Shown piece by piece: positions 38,396 through 49,644 of a stretch of 64,000 bases of DNA. This DNA comes from Candidatus Latescibacterota bacterium (GTDB lineage Bacteria > Latescibacterota > UBA2968 > UBA8231). The stretch's first letter is position 1, and every line of letters begins with the position of its first letter. The notes below the pieces were generated by a model. That model had not been told where the DNA came from and searched no databases. It saw only the letters and a list, made by a program, of their open reading frames with translations. The translations under genes and the position numbers were made by a program. Where the stretch lies: the NCBI GenBank assembly GCA_965197905.1, contig CBDAOB010000004.1, positions 1,971,857 through 2,035,856 of the forward strand, written 5' to 3'.

Positions 38396-39472
38396 CTAGC
38401 GGCGCTGCATCAATTCTACGAAGTAGTCGAAGAGGTGAAAGCTGTCGTGGGGTCCGGGCGACGCTTCCGGATGGCACTGAATGGAAAAAATCGGTAGTTC
38501 CCGGTGGCGCATGCCCTCCACACACCGATCATTAAGATTCTCACGGGTTATCTCCAAACATGCGGGTAACGAATCCGCCTCGATCCCCCACCCGTGATTT
38601 TCCGATGTAATCAAGACGCGACCGGTGGTGTTTTCCTTGATGGGTTGATTGGCACCCCGGTGGCCAAATTTGAGTCGGAAGATGGTCGCACCAAGTGCCA
38701 GCCCGAGAATTTCATGGCCAAGACATATTCCGAAGATGGGACGTTGCCCTATCAGCTGTTTGCAGGTATCGATGGCGTACTTCAAGGGTCTGGGATCGCC
38801 CGGTCCATTGGAAAGGAAGATTCCGTCTGGCTTCAACTCTAGAGCTTGATCGGCGGAAGTCGTGGCCGGTACGACCGTCACTCGGCAACCGGCGTCGACG
38901 AGTTTGTTGACTATGTTCCGCTTGATGCCGTAGTCAAACGCGACCACGTGATGAGCTGCGTCGGCGGCTCCGGCTGCGTACGGCTCGCGGCAAGTAACCT
39001 CCTGAACCAGATCTACACCTTCGAGCCCGTCCCACCCTCGCGCCTTGTCCGCCAAGCTCGCGGGGTCGAGGTCCTCGGTGGATATCGCCGCGTTCATCAC
39101 TCCGTGTATGCGAACGCGCCGGGTTAGCTCGCGAGTATCGATCCCCTCGACGCTGATGATCCCATGCTCCCGCAGGTAATCGGGCAGAGACTGGGTCGAA
39201 CGCCAGTTGCTGGGGATGCGGCTCGATTCCTTGATCACGAACCCGCGGACGTGTGGTCGGTCCGATTCGTTATCGTCGGGATTGACGCCGTAGTTCCCAA
39301 TCAGAGGATAGGTCATGGCGACCATTTGACCGGCGTAGGAAGGGTCAGTGAGGATCTCCTGGTAGCCCGTCATGCTTGTGTTGAACACCATTTCCCCACG
39401 GGACTCGCCGCGGGCGCCGAAAGAGCGACCTTCGAAAACCGTGCCGTCCGCCAAAGCCACCAAGGCCCGCAT
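38396..39472 (-). CDS. carA: Carbamoyl-phosphate synthase small subunit
   Basis: FNTSMTGYQEILTDPSY, LSNGPGDP, GICLGH and HPEASPGPHD. Confidence 0.97.
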   Translation of the reverse strand: MRALVALADGTVFEGRSFGARGESRGEMVFNTSMTGYQEILTDPSYAGQMVAMTYPLIGNYGVNPDDNESDRPHVRGFVIKESSRIPSNWRSTQSLPDYLREHGIISVEGIDTRELTRRVRIHGVMNAAISTEDLDPASLADKARGWDGLEGVDLVQEVTCREPYAAGAADAAHHVVAFDYGIKRNIVNKLVDAGCRVTVVPATTSADQALELKPDGIFLSNGPGDPRPLKYAIDTCKQLIGQRPIFGICLGHEILGLALGATIFRLKFGHRGANQPIKENTTGRVLITSENHGWGIEADSLPACLEITRENLNDRCVEGMRHRELPIFSIQCHPEASPGPHDSFHLFDYFVELMQRR

Positions 39473-39580
39473 CGCCTATCCTTCTCTTTAAAATTCGGGG
39501 ATGGTTGAACACAGCCTGCTCGACACCGTCCATGGTGCGAGGTAGCGTGTGAAGATAATAAGGAAGGCGGAGAAACGACG

Positions 39581-40618
39581 CTATGGGCGTCGCCGGACAA
39601 TGCTGTGCTGGCGTCGGCGCGCACTCTCCTGCATATCCACCGCCGGATCGAACTCGCCCACAATCTCGACGCCGACGATCTCTTCGAGAACATCCTCGAG
39701 GGTGATGATTCCGGCGAAGTCACCGTATTCATCCGCTACCAAGAACAGATGTTCCCGACGCTGCAGGAATTCCTTGAGGAGCTGGTCTAGTCGCGCCAGC
39801 TCCGGAACGAAATGGGCTCGGCGCTCCAACGCCGCCAGGGTCAGGTCATCTCGACCATCGGCGAGTGCGGTAAAGACTTCTCGCCGCATGACGAGCCCGA
39901 TCATCGACTCTTTACTCTCGTCATACAGCGGAACCCGGCTATGGGGCCAACCGCCTCCCTGTTCTCGGGCTTCGCTCAAGGTCAAATTGCGATCCAGAGA
40001 CATCACTACCGTTCGCGGGGTCATAACATCACCTGCGCGCAATCCGTGCAGGTTCAGAATATTGCGAATGATGCGCTCCTGCTCCGGGGCAATCGAGCCG
40101 GCTTGGCGACCCATCCTAGCGATGATCTTGATCTCATCCGCGGAGATGTCTTGGGTCGCAGAGGCGCTGCGGGTGATAAGACGGGTAATGAACTGATTCA
40201 ACCATATGAGTGGAGTGAAAAACCAGACCAGCCATTGTATTGGGCCGGCAATGAATCTGGCCAGCGATCGTGCGTAGAGCACCCCGACGGTCTTGGGAAC
40301 AATCTCGGAGAAAACGAGGACTGAAAGGGCCAAAGCTCCGGTAAAATAGACCTCACTACTGCGGCCGAACACGCCGGCGAAAGCGGCCCCGGCAATTGCG
40401 GCCCCGCCGGTGTTGGCCAGGGTGTTCAGCGACAGAATGGCAGATATGGGACGTTGAATATCCGCATAGAGGGCCTTGAGGATCTTACCGGACTTGCGAC
40501 CCTGATTCGCCAGCAACTCGATCTGGCTTGTCGAGACTGAATAAAGAGCCGCCTCAAGGACGGAACACACGCACGAAATCGACAATACGGCCGCGGTGGC
40601 AATGATGAGTTCAGTCAT
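39581..40618 (-). CDS. CNNM/DUF21-CBS (hemolysin-like, CorC family) membrane protein
   Basis: SVLEAALYS, FSEIVPK, VMTPR, HSRVPLY and DEYG...TLEDVLEEIVG. Confidence 0.9.
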   Translation of the reverse strand: MTELIIATAAVLSISCVCSVLEAALYSVSTSQIELLANQGRKSGKILKALYADIQRPISAILSLNTLANTGGAAIAGAAFAGVFGRSSEVYFTGALALSVLVFSEIVPKTVGVLYARSLARFIAGPIQWLVWFFTPLIWLNQFITRLITRSASATQDISADEIKIIARMGRQAGSIAPEQERIIRNILNLHGLRAGDVMTPRTVVMSLDRNLTLSEAREQGGGWPHSRVPLYDESKESMIGLVMRREVFTALADGRDDLTLAALERRAHFVPELARLDQLLKEFLQRREHLFLVADEYGDFAGIITLEDVLEEIVGVEIVGEFDPAVDMQESARRRQHSIVRRRP

Positions 40619-40729
40619 GCGTTGAATGTTGCGCGGAACGCGCTCCCAACGAAAAGAGAGGAGTTCCACCTTGCGGAACTCCTCTCTAATCCGAAGATCA
40701 ACGGCGTCTCGGGGCGCCGCGGAAGGATT

Positions 40730-41185
40730 TTACTTCAGGTGCTTGTTGACCAACTTGGTCATTTCGAACATGCTGACCTGCTTCTTCCCTCCAAAGATAG
40801 GCTTCAGCTTATCGTCTGCATTGATCATACGCTTGTTCTGCATGTCCTGCAGTCGGTTCCGCTTAATATAGGCCCAAAGTTTCTTCACCACCTGCGTGCG
40901 CGGGATCGGCTTGGGTCCAACAACGGCGCTCAACGCTGCGTCCGGTTGCAGGGGACGCATAAAAGATGGGTTCGGTTTGCGTTTCGCCTTTTTCTTGGCC
41001 GCTTTCTTCTTTTTCGGAGCGGCCTTTTTCTTCTTGGCGGCGGCTTTCTTCTTTTTCGGAGCGGCCTTTTTCTTCTTGGCGGCGGCTTTCTTCTTTTTCG
41101 GAGCGGCCTTTTTCTTCTTGGCGGCAGCCTTCTTCTTTTTCGGAGCAGCCTTTTTCTTCTTGGCGGCAGCCTTCTTCTTTGCCAT
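40730..41185 (-). CDS. SWIB/MDM2-domain protein with histone H1-like Lys/Ala/Pro N-terminal repeats
   Basis: C-terminus RTQVVKKLWAYIKRNRLQD...INADDKLKPIFG...SMFEM. RBS AAGGAG before ATG 41185. Confidence 0.92.
   Translation of the reverse strand: MAKKKAAAKKKKAAPKKKKAAAKKKKAAPKKKKAAAKKKKAAPKKKKAAAKKKKAAPKKKKAAKKKAKRKPNPSFMRPLQPDAALSAVVGPKPIPRTQVVKKLWAYIKRNRLQDMQNKRMINADDKLKPIFGGKKQVSMFEMTKLVNKHLK
40990..41180 (-). repeat. 42-bp coding tandem repeat, about 4 copies (AAAKKKKAAPKKKK)
   Basis: Near-identical units on the plus strand, such as TTCTTCTTGGCGGCGGCTTTCTTCTTTTTCGGAGCGGCCTTT. Confidence 0.9.
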
Positions 41186-41390
41186 GATCAACTCCTTCTG
41201 TGGCGGAAAACGCGGCTTCGCGGTGTTCTGTTTTAGGATTTATACGCCGGGTCGTCAGTCTTGCGGTTACTTTGGAACGCCGGTCAAACTACCCCATCGA
41301 CCACCTCCTCTCCAGGAGTTCGGCGCATTTCCCGGTGCTCCTTCGAACAGATCCTCCCCCGGGAGAGCTAGAGAGAAACTTATTTCGTCA

Positions 41391-41420
41391 AAAATAGCAC
41401 GTGGCAGACGAAATAGTCAA
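41391..41420 (-). promoter_or_regulatory. Sigma70-type promoter candidate for the SWIB gene
   Basis: Minus-strand TTGACT-18 nt-TATTTT with an extended -10 TG. Confidence 0.4.
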
Positions 41421-41480
41421 GCAGAATTGCGCCAATTTCAGAGGGGAAATGGCGGACTCTTCGGAAGTGTGGGGGCGTGA

Positions 41481-41509
41481 TTGACACTGCGAATTCGGTC
41501 CTCTATTTT
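41481..41509 (+). promoter_or_regulatory. Sigma70-type promoter candidate for the proC operon
   Basis: TTGACA-17 nt-TATTTT. Confidence 0.55.
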
Positions 41510-41576
41510 AGCACAAGTTCGGTATTTCTTCGCCAGTCGATTCCCACAAAACCTAAAATTCTGTCAGTGCGCAGCC

Positions 41577-42386
41577 ATGATCGAGAACTGCAACATCGGG
41601 GTGATCGGAAGCGGCAATATGGGCGGCGCCCTGATCAGCGGCCTGTTGAAGACTGGTCGCGACCCCGCCCGCATCACGGCTGTGGATATTCGTGACGAGG
41701 TGCTGGAACCGTTGCGTGCGCAGGGCGTGAAAACCAACTCCGACTTGAAGGCGGCAGTACACGGGCAGGACGTGGTCGTTGTTGCAGTCAAACCGCAAAT
41801 CGCAAGCAGCGTGCTCGTCTTGATCGCCCGGGAGCTGCAGAAGAGCCATCTCGTCGTGTCGATTATGGCAGGTGTCAAGACCGCGACGATCGAAGCCGAA
41901 TTTGCCGAGGAGATACCGGTAGTGCGCGTCATGCCACAAACGCTCGTCTCGGAGGCCGTAGGCGCATCGGCGTTATGCAGGGGTAGTTTCGCCACCGCCG
42001 ACCATCTGTCCTTGGCTGCGTCAATCTTCGACGATGTCGGCATTACTGTTACGGTCGACGAGGCTCAGATGGACGCCGTTACCGGCTTGTCCGGGTCCGG
42101 TCCCGCGTATGTCTATACAATTATAGAAGCGATGGCGGACGGTGGCGTACGCATGGGTTTGAGTCGCGAAGTGGCGCTCAAGCTGGCGGCGCAAACAGTT
42201 CGTGGGGCGGCGCACCTGGTGTGTGATAGCGGCGAGCATCCGGCGATTTTGCGCGAGCGGGTGACCTCCCCAGGAGGCACTACCATCATGGGATTGCACA
42301 AGTTGGAGAAAAAGGGGATCCGGGATGCGTTGGTGAGCGCTATAACGGCCGCCACCGAGCGTTCAGCGGAACTGGGCGCTACGTGA
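41577..42386 (+). CDS. proC: Pyrroline-5-carboxylate reductase
   Basis: IGSGNMG, AVKPQ, TGLSGSGPAY and VTSPGGTT. Confidence 0.96.
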   Translation: MIENCNIGVIGSGNMGGALISGLLKTGRDPARITAVDIRDEVLEPLRAQGVKTNSDLKAAVHGQDVVVVAVKPQIASSVLVLIARELQKSHLVVSIMAGVKTATIEAEFAEEIPVVRVMPQTLVSEAVGASALCRGSFATADHLSLAASIFDDVGITVTVDEAQMDAVTGLSGSGPAYVYTIIEAMADGGVRMGLSREVALKLAAQTVRGAAHLVCDSGEHPAILRERVTSPGGTTIMGLHKLEKKGIRDALVSAITAATERSAELGAT

Positions 42387-42985
42387 TCGCCATCATCGAC
42401 TATGGGATGGGCAATCTTCGCAGCGTTGAAAAGGCATTTGAACATCTAGGTTGTGAAGCCAGCATTTTCGACGATCCCGTTGAGACCTCCTTGGCCTCTC
42501 ACCTTGTCTTGCCAGGTGACGCGGCCTTTGGGGATGCCATGAACAACCTGCGAAAGGGAGGATGGGTGGATCGCATCCACGAACACATAGAAGCGGGCCG
42601 ACCTTTCCTTGGCATATGCGTAGGTTTGCAACTCATGTTCTCAGAAAGCGAGGAGTTGGGCAAGCATCGAGGGCTCGGGCTGCTGCCAGGACGCATCAAA
42701 CGTTTCCCGGCGAGCGAACGGGTTCCCCAAATAGGTTGGAACCAGGTTTCCTTCAAACGCCCCTTGGATATCCTCGACGCCGTTCCCGACAACAGCTTTT
42801 TCTATTTCGTGCATTCGTATTACGTAGAGACGGAGTCGGCCGATGACTGCGTCGCTACAACCGAGTATGGACTGGAGTACACCTCCATCGCCGCTCGCGA
42901 GAACGTCTTCGGAGTCCAGTTTCACCCAGAAAAAAGCCAGCAACACGGCTTGCGCCTCCTGCGGAACTTCGCGGCGCAATCCTAA
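42383..42985 (+). CDS. hisH: Imidazole glycerol phosphate synthase, glutaminase subunit
   Basis: IIDYGMGNLRSV, LGICVGLQ, YFVHSY and QFHPEKS. Confidence 0.96.
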   Translation: MIAIIDYGMGNLRSVEKAFEHLGCEASIFDDPVETSLASHLVLPGDAAFGDAMNNLRKGGWVDRIHEHIEAGRPFLGICVGLQLMFSESEELGKHRGLGLLPGRIKRFPASERVPQIGWNQVSFKRPLDILDAVPDNSFFYFVHSYYVETESADDCVATTEYGLEYTSIAARENVFGVQFHPEKSQQHGLRLLRNFAAQS

Positions 42986-42987
42986 GA

Positions 42988-43761
42988 ATGCTGGCCAAGC
43001 GCATCATCCCCTGCCTGGACGTCAAGAATGGGCGCAATGTGCGCGGAGTACGGTTCTCTGCTGATCGCGATGCCGGTGATCCCGTCGAGCTCGCCACGCG
43101 CTACGACTTGGAGAAGGCGGACGAGTTGGTGTTCTACGATATCACTGCATCGGCAGATGGCCGTGCAATCGTGCAGAATCTGGTGGAGCAGGTTTCCGAA
43201 CGCGTGTTCATCCCCCTCACCGTGGGCGGGGGAATACGAACCTTCGCCGATATTCGCGAGATTTTGAAGAGTGGCGCCGATAAGGTGTCGATCAATTCAG
43301 CGGCTGTGCACGACCCGGATATCATTCGGCAGGGAGCCGAAAGTTTTGGCAGTCAGTGCATCGTCGGGGCCATTGATGCCTTGCGCAAGCCGAATTCGCA
43401 GGGAGAGGCTCCCAGTTGGGAGATTTATATTAATGGGGGGCGCAAGGCAACTGGTATCGATGCGATCGAGTGGGTTGAAGAGTTGGTCGGTCGAGGGGCC
43501 GGCGAGTTAGTGCTCAACAGCATCGACGCCGATGGCACTCGAGAAGGCTACGACCTCGAGCTGAATCGAACGGTGGCGAATCGCGTCGAGGTGCCGATTG
43601 TCGCCTCCGGCGGGTGTGGACACGTGGAACACATCCATCAGGTGTTGACTGCCGGCCAGGCCAGCGCTGCCCTTGCCGCATCGATCTTTCACTTTGGAGA
43701 CTACACTATCCAGGAAGTGAAATACTACTTGAGCGAACGCGGCGTTCTCGTGCGCAACTAG
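42988..43761 (+). CDS. hisF: Imidazole glycerol phosphate synthase, cyclase subunit
   Basis: KRIIPCLDV, ADELVFYDITAS, GADKVSINSAAV and ALAASIFH. Confidence 0.97.
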   Translation: MLAKRIIPCLDVKNGRNVRGVRFSADRDAGDPVELATRYDLEKADELVFYDITASADGRAIVQNLVEQVSERVFIPLTVGGGIRTFADIREILKSGADKVSINSAAVHDPDIIRQGAESFGSQCIVGAIDALRKPNSQGEAPSWEIYINGGRKATGIDAIEWVEELVGRGAGELVLNSIDADGTREGYDLELNRTVANRVEVPIVASGGCGHVEHIHQVLTAGQASAALAASIFHFGDYTIQEVKYYLSERGVLVRN

Positions 43762-43871
43762 ATCGCCAAGCTACTGGGTGCCGATTCTCTTTTCGCAAAT
43801 CCAGCCGCTTCCTCCGCAGTATTCATCACAGCAGCCGGTACGCTCGGCCTCTCCCCCACCAGGTACGAACC

Positions 43872-45023
43872 GTGAGTCACAAGACAAATCCTTCTGAAGA
43901 TCGCGCCAGCCGGCTAGCCGATGTCCGCCGCCTGGTCGTGAAGGTGGGAAGCAGCAGCATCACCACTCACGACAATCAGTTGAATCGGCCGGTACTGAGA
44001 GACCTGGTAAAGGACGTTGTGTCTCTGCGGGAGAAGGGGTACGAGGTTGCCATCGTATCTTCGGGTGCGGTGGCGGCAGGTGTCGGCCGCCTCGGCTTGA
44101 AGGCGAGGCCGCAGGCGATAAGTGAGCTCCAGGCCGTTGCCGCCGTCGGACAAAATCTGTTGATGCACACCTACGAAGGCATGTTCCGGCGCGCGGGGGT
44201 CCCGATCGGCCAGGTCCTGCTGACGGCCGACGACATACTTCACGATCGCCGCCGCTATCTCAACCTGGAGAACACCTTTCGCAAGTTATTCGGCTTCGGT
44301 GCGATACCCGTGATCAACGAAAATGACAGCGTAGCCGTGGCCGAACTCAAGCTGACCATTGGCGAAAACGACATGTTGGCGGCCTACGTTTCGAACCTCA
44401 TCGGCGCCCACTTACTGGTAATCCTTTCGGACGTCGAGGGCGTGTACGCTGGATACAGTACTAACGGCCCGCAGGGACACGTGGTGAACCAGGTTGAGTA
44501 CGGCGATGACCGTCTGGAGCAGATGATCGGCGCTTCGACAAGCCGTAGCGGGAGTGGCGGTATGGAGACCAAAATCCGCGCCGCACGTTTGCTGATGGCG
44601 TGTGGTGAGATGACCTTGATCGCACATGCACGGAAACACCGGCTGGTGGACATCCTTTCCGGCGGCGATCTGGGAACGCTGTTTATTCCGAAGAAGAAAC
44701 GGCTGCGGAGCCGCAAGCGCTGGATCGCATTCGGATCGTCGTGCAAGGGTCGCGTGGTGGTCGATCATGGGGCCGAACGCGCGTTGGCTCGGCAGGGGAA
44801 GAGTCTTCTGCCTGCAGGCGTCGTGTCGGGAGACGGCGCCTTCGCTGTGGGGGATGTCGTGCGGATCGAAAACGAAAGCGGAACGGATCTGGGGCGTGGG
44901 CTGAGTCGCTATAGTCTCTCCGAACTCAATAGGATTTGCGGCAAGAGCAGTAAGCAGGTGGAAAAAATATTGAAACGTCAGGCGACCGAAGTGATCCATC
45001 GCGACGATCTAGTTCTTTTTTGA
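43872..45023 (+). CDS. proB: Glutamate 5-kinase with PUA domain
   Basis: VVKVGSS, VSSGAVAAG, PVINENDSV and GGMETK. GTG start at 43872. Confidence 0.95.
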   Translation: MSHKTNPSEDRASRLADVRRLVVKVGSSSITTHDNQLNRPVLRDLVKDVVSLREKGYEVAIVSSGAVAAGVGRLGLKARPQAISELQAVAAVGQNLLMHTYEGMFRRAGVPIGQVLLTADDILHDRRRYLNLENTFRKLFGFGAIPVINENDSVAVAELKLTIGENDMLAAYVSNLIGAHLLVILSDVEGVYAGYSTNGPQGHVVNQVEYGDDRLEQMIGASTSRSGSGGMETKIRAARLLMACGEMTLIAHARKHRLVDILSGGDLGTLFIPKKKRLRSRKRWIAFGSSCKGRVVVDHGAERALARQGKSLLPAGVVSGDGAFAVGDVVRIENESGTDLGRGLSRYSLSELNRICGKSSKQVEKILKRQATEVIHRDDLVLF

Positions 45024-45047
45024 GCCCAATGCAAACGGTCTGATATC

Positions 45048-45368
45048 GTGCCGACGCCAAGACCACGTTCGGTGGTCAAACCATCACGATGGAAGCCCGC
45101 TCTCTTTCTCGTCGGGGCCGTATTTGTCATCTACTTTCTCGTCGCCGGCGAGCACGGTTCGATTCGACTCTGGCAAGCGGACCAGGATCTGACCGAATGG
45201 CAGATGCGGGTGCAACAGCTGGAAGACCAGAACGACAGTCTCAGAGTGATTCTGGCAAAGTTGGAGACCGACCTCGAGTACATCGAGAAGGTGGCGCGCG
45301 AGGAGTACGGCATGGCTAAAAAGGGGGAACGGATCTACCGCATTCAACAAGCGCCCAAAAGCGAGTAG
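45048..45368 (+). CDS. ftsB: Septum formation initiator (FtsB/DivIC family)
   Basis: TM helix, coiled coil and EYIEKVAREEYGMAKKGE. Confidence 0.85.
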   Translation: MPTPRPRSVVKPSRWKPALFLVGAVFVIYFLVAGEHGSIRLWQADQDLTEWQMRVQQLEDQNDSLRVILAKLETDLEYIEKVAREEYGMAKKGERIYRIQQAPKSE

Positions 45369-45373
45369 GGCGC

Positions 45374-46168
45374 ATGCCTCGGCATATCCTCAAGACCAAA
45401 GCGATCGTACTGCGTTCGTGGCGAATGGGTGAGACGAGCAAACGGGTCGCCTTTTACACCGAGGAACAGGGTAAACTAACGGCGATCGCCAAGGGTGCGA
45501 GGAAACCCAAAAGTAAATACGGAGGTTGCCTCGAGCTCATGAATGAAGTCGATGCCGTCGTATATCTGCGACCCGACCGCGATCTGCAGACCTTGAGTGA
45601 CTGCGACCTCGATCGTTCGTTTCCCAAACTCGTCGGGGATTTGGAACGGCTTTCCTTCGGCAGTGCGGCATGCGAATTGGTGGATCGGTTGACCATAGAT
45701 TGCGAACCGAACAAACATCTCTACAGCTGCCTCTCGGGTGTGCTGGGAGCTCTCGAAGAGGTGTCCTCGCCTCAAACAGAGCCCGTATTCTGGTACTTTC
45801 AGCTGCGTGTATGCCAGGCACTGGGATACCGGCCCGAATTGCGTCACTGCGTGTCGTGTGGCGGAGAACTGGTGGATCACGACCGTCGGTTCAGCACTGC
45901 CCTGGGGGGTGTTGTCTGTAGCTCCTGTTCGGTGACGACTAGTCAGCAGTGCATGCGAATATCACAGGAAAGCGTTAATTTTCTCGCCCATCTCCAGGGA
46001 TTGCGAACCTACCACAGAGAAGCCATTCCGGACGCGCCGGGAAACGCGCGCGAGCCCAGGCAGATCCTTAGCGGTTTCCTCGAGTTCCACGCGGAGTGGC
46101 GCGGTTCGCTGAGGTCACTGGAGTTTTTGAAGGAGCTGTCGGAAGAGGGCAGCGCGACGAGATATTGA
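45374..46168 (+). CDS. recO: DNA repair protein RecO
   Basis: AIVLR...[18 protein letters not shown] and CxxC...CxxC zinc finger. Confidence 0.93.
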   Translation: MPRHILKTKAIVLRSWRMGETSKRVAFYTEEQGKLTAIAKGARKPKSKYGGCLELMNEVDAVVYLRPDRDLQTLSDCDLDRSFPKLVGDLERLSFGSAACELVDRLTIDCEPNKHLYSCLSGVLGALEEVSSPQTEPVFWYFQLRVCQALGYRPELRHCVSCGGELVDHDRRFSTALGGVVCSSCSVTTSQQCMRISQESVNFLAHLQGLRTYHREAIPDAPGNAREPRQILSGFLEFHAEWRGSLRSLEFLKELSEEGSATRY

Positions 46169-46179
46169 GGAGCCATGGC

Positions 46180-47484
<1,305 letters not shown>

Positions 47485-47513
47485 AAGGCGCGGTTGGCGT
47501 TGATCTCGGCTGC

Positions 47514-47542
47514 TTGACCACCAAATTGTCAGGCAGTATACT
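47514..47542 (+). promoter_or_regulatory. Sigma70 promoter for the tRNA-Leu / tig operon
   Basis: TTGACC-17 nt-TATACT, 20 nt upstream of the tRNA. Confidence 0.7.
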
Positions 47543-47562
47543 CTTATTTACCAATAACTTCT

Positions 47563-47646
47563 GCGAGAGTGGCGGAATTGGTAGACGCGCCAGATTTAGG
47601 ATCTGGTGCCCGTAAGGGCGTGGGGGTTCGAGTCCCCCCTTTCGCA
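47563..47646 (+). tRNA. tRNA-Leu(TAG), CCA not encoded
   Basis: Acceptor GCGAGAG/CTTTCGC, anticodon arm CCAGA-TTTAGGA-TCTGG, long variable arm and T arm GGGGG-TTCGAGT-CCCCC. Confidence 0.97.
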
Positions 47647-47665
47647 CATTCGAAAGCTGTAATAG

Positions 47666-48976
47666 GTGAAAACGAGCGTCGTAGAAAAGGGCAAATGGGA
47701 ACGGGAGCTCGAAGTCGAGGTTCCCGCCGAGCGGATCGACGGCGAAGTCGATAAAGCCTACAAGAAGTACCAGAAAAGCATTCAGGTTCCCGGGTTCCGC
47801 AAGGGCAAGGTCCCTCTGAAGGTCATCAAGTCCCGTTACGGCGCTTCTATTCGGGGCGACGTCATCAGCGATCTGCTACCTCGCCTGGTAGAGGAAGCGA
47901 CCCGGGAAAGTGGTTTGACGCCCGCCGCCCCCCCTACGATTCAGAAACTCGACCACAACCCGGGCGAATCGTTGACCTTTACCGCCTCTTTGGACATTTG
48001 GCCAGAGGTGCAGGTGGAGAATGTGGAAGGGCTCAAGGCCACCAAAATGGTGCACGAGGTGACCGACGACGAGGTGGAGCAGCAACTTCAGGAGTTGCAG
48101 AACCAGCAGGCCACCGAAAGTTCCGTCTCGGGGCCCCTAGAGAAAGAGAATGTGTTGATTGCCGACCTCCAGAAGCTGGATACAACGGGTGTACCCATTG
48201 TGGGCGAAAAGTACGAAGAGCGGTATTTCGTCATCGGATCGGAGAATGCGCCCAGTCCGGAGTTTGAAGAGGCATTGATCGGCATCAGCGTTGGTGAACA
48301 ACGCCGGGTCAAGTTTTCCTACCGGGACGATTTTCCCAACGAAGAATTGGCGGGGAAAGAGGAGTTCTTCGAGGTTACGGCCAGACAGATTCGAACGCGA
48401 ACATTGCCAGAATTGGACGACGACTTCGCCAAGGATCTGGGAGAACAGTTCGAATCCTTGGAAGGCCTGCGCGGGCATCTGCACAAGCAATTGAGCCAGC
48501 GCTGGGAGACGTTGTCACGCCAACAGCTGCGCAGCAGTTTGACGGAAGAATTGATCAAAGCCAACTCGCTCGAACTTCCCGAACGTATGGTCGAAAACTA
48601 TCTGCGGACTTTGAAGCGGGAACGAGCGGAGCGCGAGGGCCATTCCCACGATCATCATGATCACGACCACGATCATGACCACGATCATGGAGATGACGAA
48701 GAGGAGACGGCAACAGCGTCCGCCGAGGAACGGGCGAGCGCGGTCAGGCAGTTGAAATCCTACCTTTTAGTAGACGCGGTCCGCGAGTCGGCGGGGGTTG
48801 CCGTCGAGGATGAGGAGTTCGAGGAGTTTCTGTCCACACGAGCGGAAGATTCGGGGATGAAGGTCGGGGAGTTGCGCCGATCCAAATGGGCGGACAACCT
48901 GCGCAAGGAGCTGGAAGAAAACAAGGTCTTTGATTACCTCATCGAACGCGCCGAGATCGAAGAACAGAGCGTGTGA
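47666..48976 (+). CDS. tig: Trigger factor with His/Asp-rich insertion
   Basis: [10 protein letters not shown] ribosome-binding signature, LPELDDDFA and tRNA-Leu-tig-clpP-clpX synteny. Confidence 0.95.
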   Translation: MKTSVVEKGKWERELEVEVPAERIDGEVDKAYKKYQKSIQVPGFRKGKVPLKVIKSRYGASIRGDVISDLLPRLVEEATRESGLTPAAPPTIQKLDHNPGESLTFTASLDIWPEVQVENVEGLKATKMVHEVTDDEVEQQLQELQNQQATESSVSGPLEKENVLIADLQKLDTTGVPIVGEKYEERYFVIGSENAPSPEFEEALIGISVGEQRRVKFSYRDDFPNEELAGKEEFFEVTARQIRTRTLPELDDDFAKDLGEQFESLEGLRGHLHKQLSQRWETLSRQQLRSSLTEELIKANSLELPERMVENYLRTLKRERAEREGHSHDHHDHDHDHDHDHGDDEEETATASAEERASAVRQLKSYLLVDAVRESAGVAVEDEEFEEFLSTRAEDSGMKVGELRRSKWADNLRKELEENKVFDYLIERAEIEEQSV

Positions 48977-49010
48977 TGGGTGGCAACCTGGTGGCGGGGA
49001 GAAAAACGGA

Positions 49011-49619
49011 ATGTCACTGATACCCATGGTCATCGAGCAAACCGGACGCGGCGAGCGCAGCTACGACATCTACTCTCGCTTGCTCAAGGAACGGATCGTT
49101 TTCATCGGGACTCCGATCAACGACCCGATCGCCAACATGGTAATCGCCCAGATTCTGTTTCTCGACTCGGAGGATCCGAAGAAAGAGATCTCTCTGTTCG
49201 TCAATACCCCCGGCGGCTCGGTTGCGGCGGGAATGGCGATCTACGATACCATGAAATACATATCCGCCGACGTAGCGACCACCTGCATGGGCCAGGCGTC
49301 CAGCATGGGAGCGGTGTTGTTGGCTGGCGGAGCCCAGGGCAAACGCCAGGCGCTGCCCAATTCAAGGATTCTCCTCCACCAGCCGATGGGTGGGGTGGGA
49401 GGGCAAGCTGCCGACATCGAAATCCACGCCCGCGAGATTATCAAGATCCGCCAGCAGCTGAATGAGATCCTGGCTACGGATACGGGCCAACCGCTTGAAC
49501 GCATCGAGAGGGACACGGAGCGGGATTTCTTCATGGGTCCCGAAGAAGCGATCGAATACGGCCTCATCGACCGGATAATCGAACCGCAGGCAAAACACAC
49601 CGAGCAGGCGACGGCCTAA
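49011..49619 (+). CDS. clpP: ATP-dependent Clp protease proteolytic subunit
   Basis: [22 protein letters not shown] and ERDFFM. Confidence 0.97.
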   Translation: MSLIPMVIEQTGRGERSYDIYSRLLKERIVFIGTPINDPIANMVIAQILFLDSEDPKKEISLFVNTPGGSVAAGMAIYDTMKYISADVATTCMGQASSMGAVLLAGGAQGKRQALPNSRILLHQPMGGVGGQAADIEIHAREIIKIRQQLNEILATDTGQPLERIERDTERDFFMGPEEAIEYGLIDRIIEPQAKHTEQATA

Positions 49620-49644
49620 CCGACGCGCCGCGAACAGACCAGAC

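Noticed and set aside
40990-41180. CRISPR array
   Set aside because: The repeats are contiguous with no unique spacers, are in frame, and encode the Lys/Ala tail. No cas genes are present.
47563-47660. tRNA-Leu as an integration site, or as tRNA-Sec
   Set aside because: The anticodon is TAG with a 7-bp acceptor stem. It sits in the usual tig-clpPX context, with no integrase and no duplicated 3' end seen.
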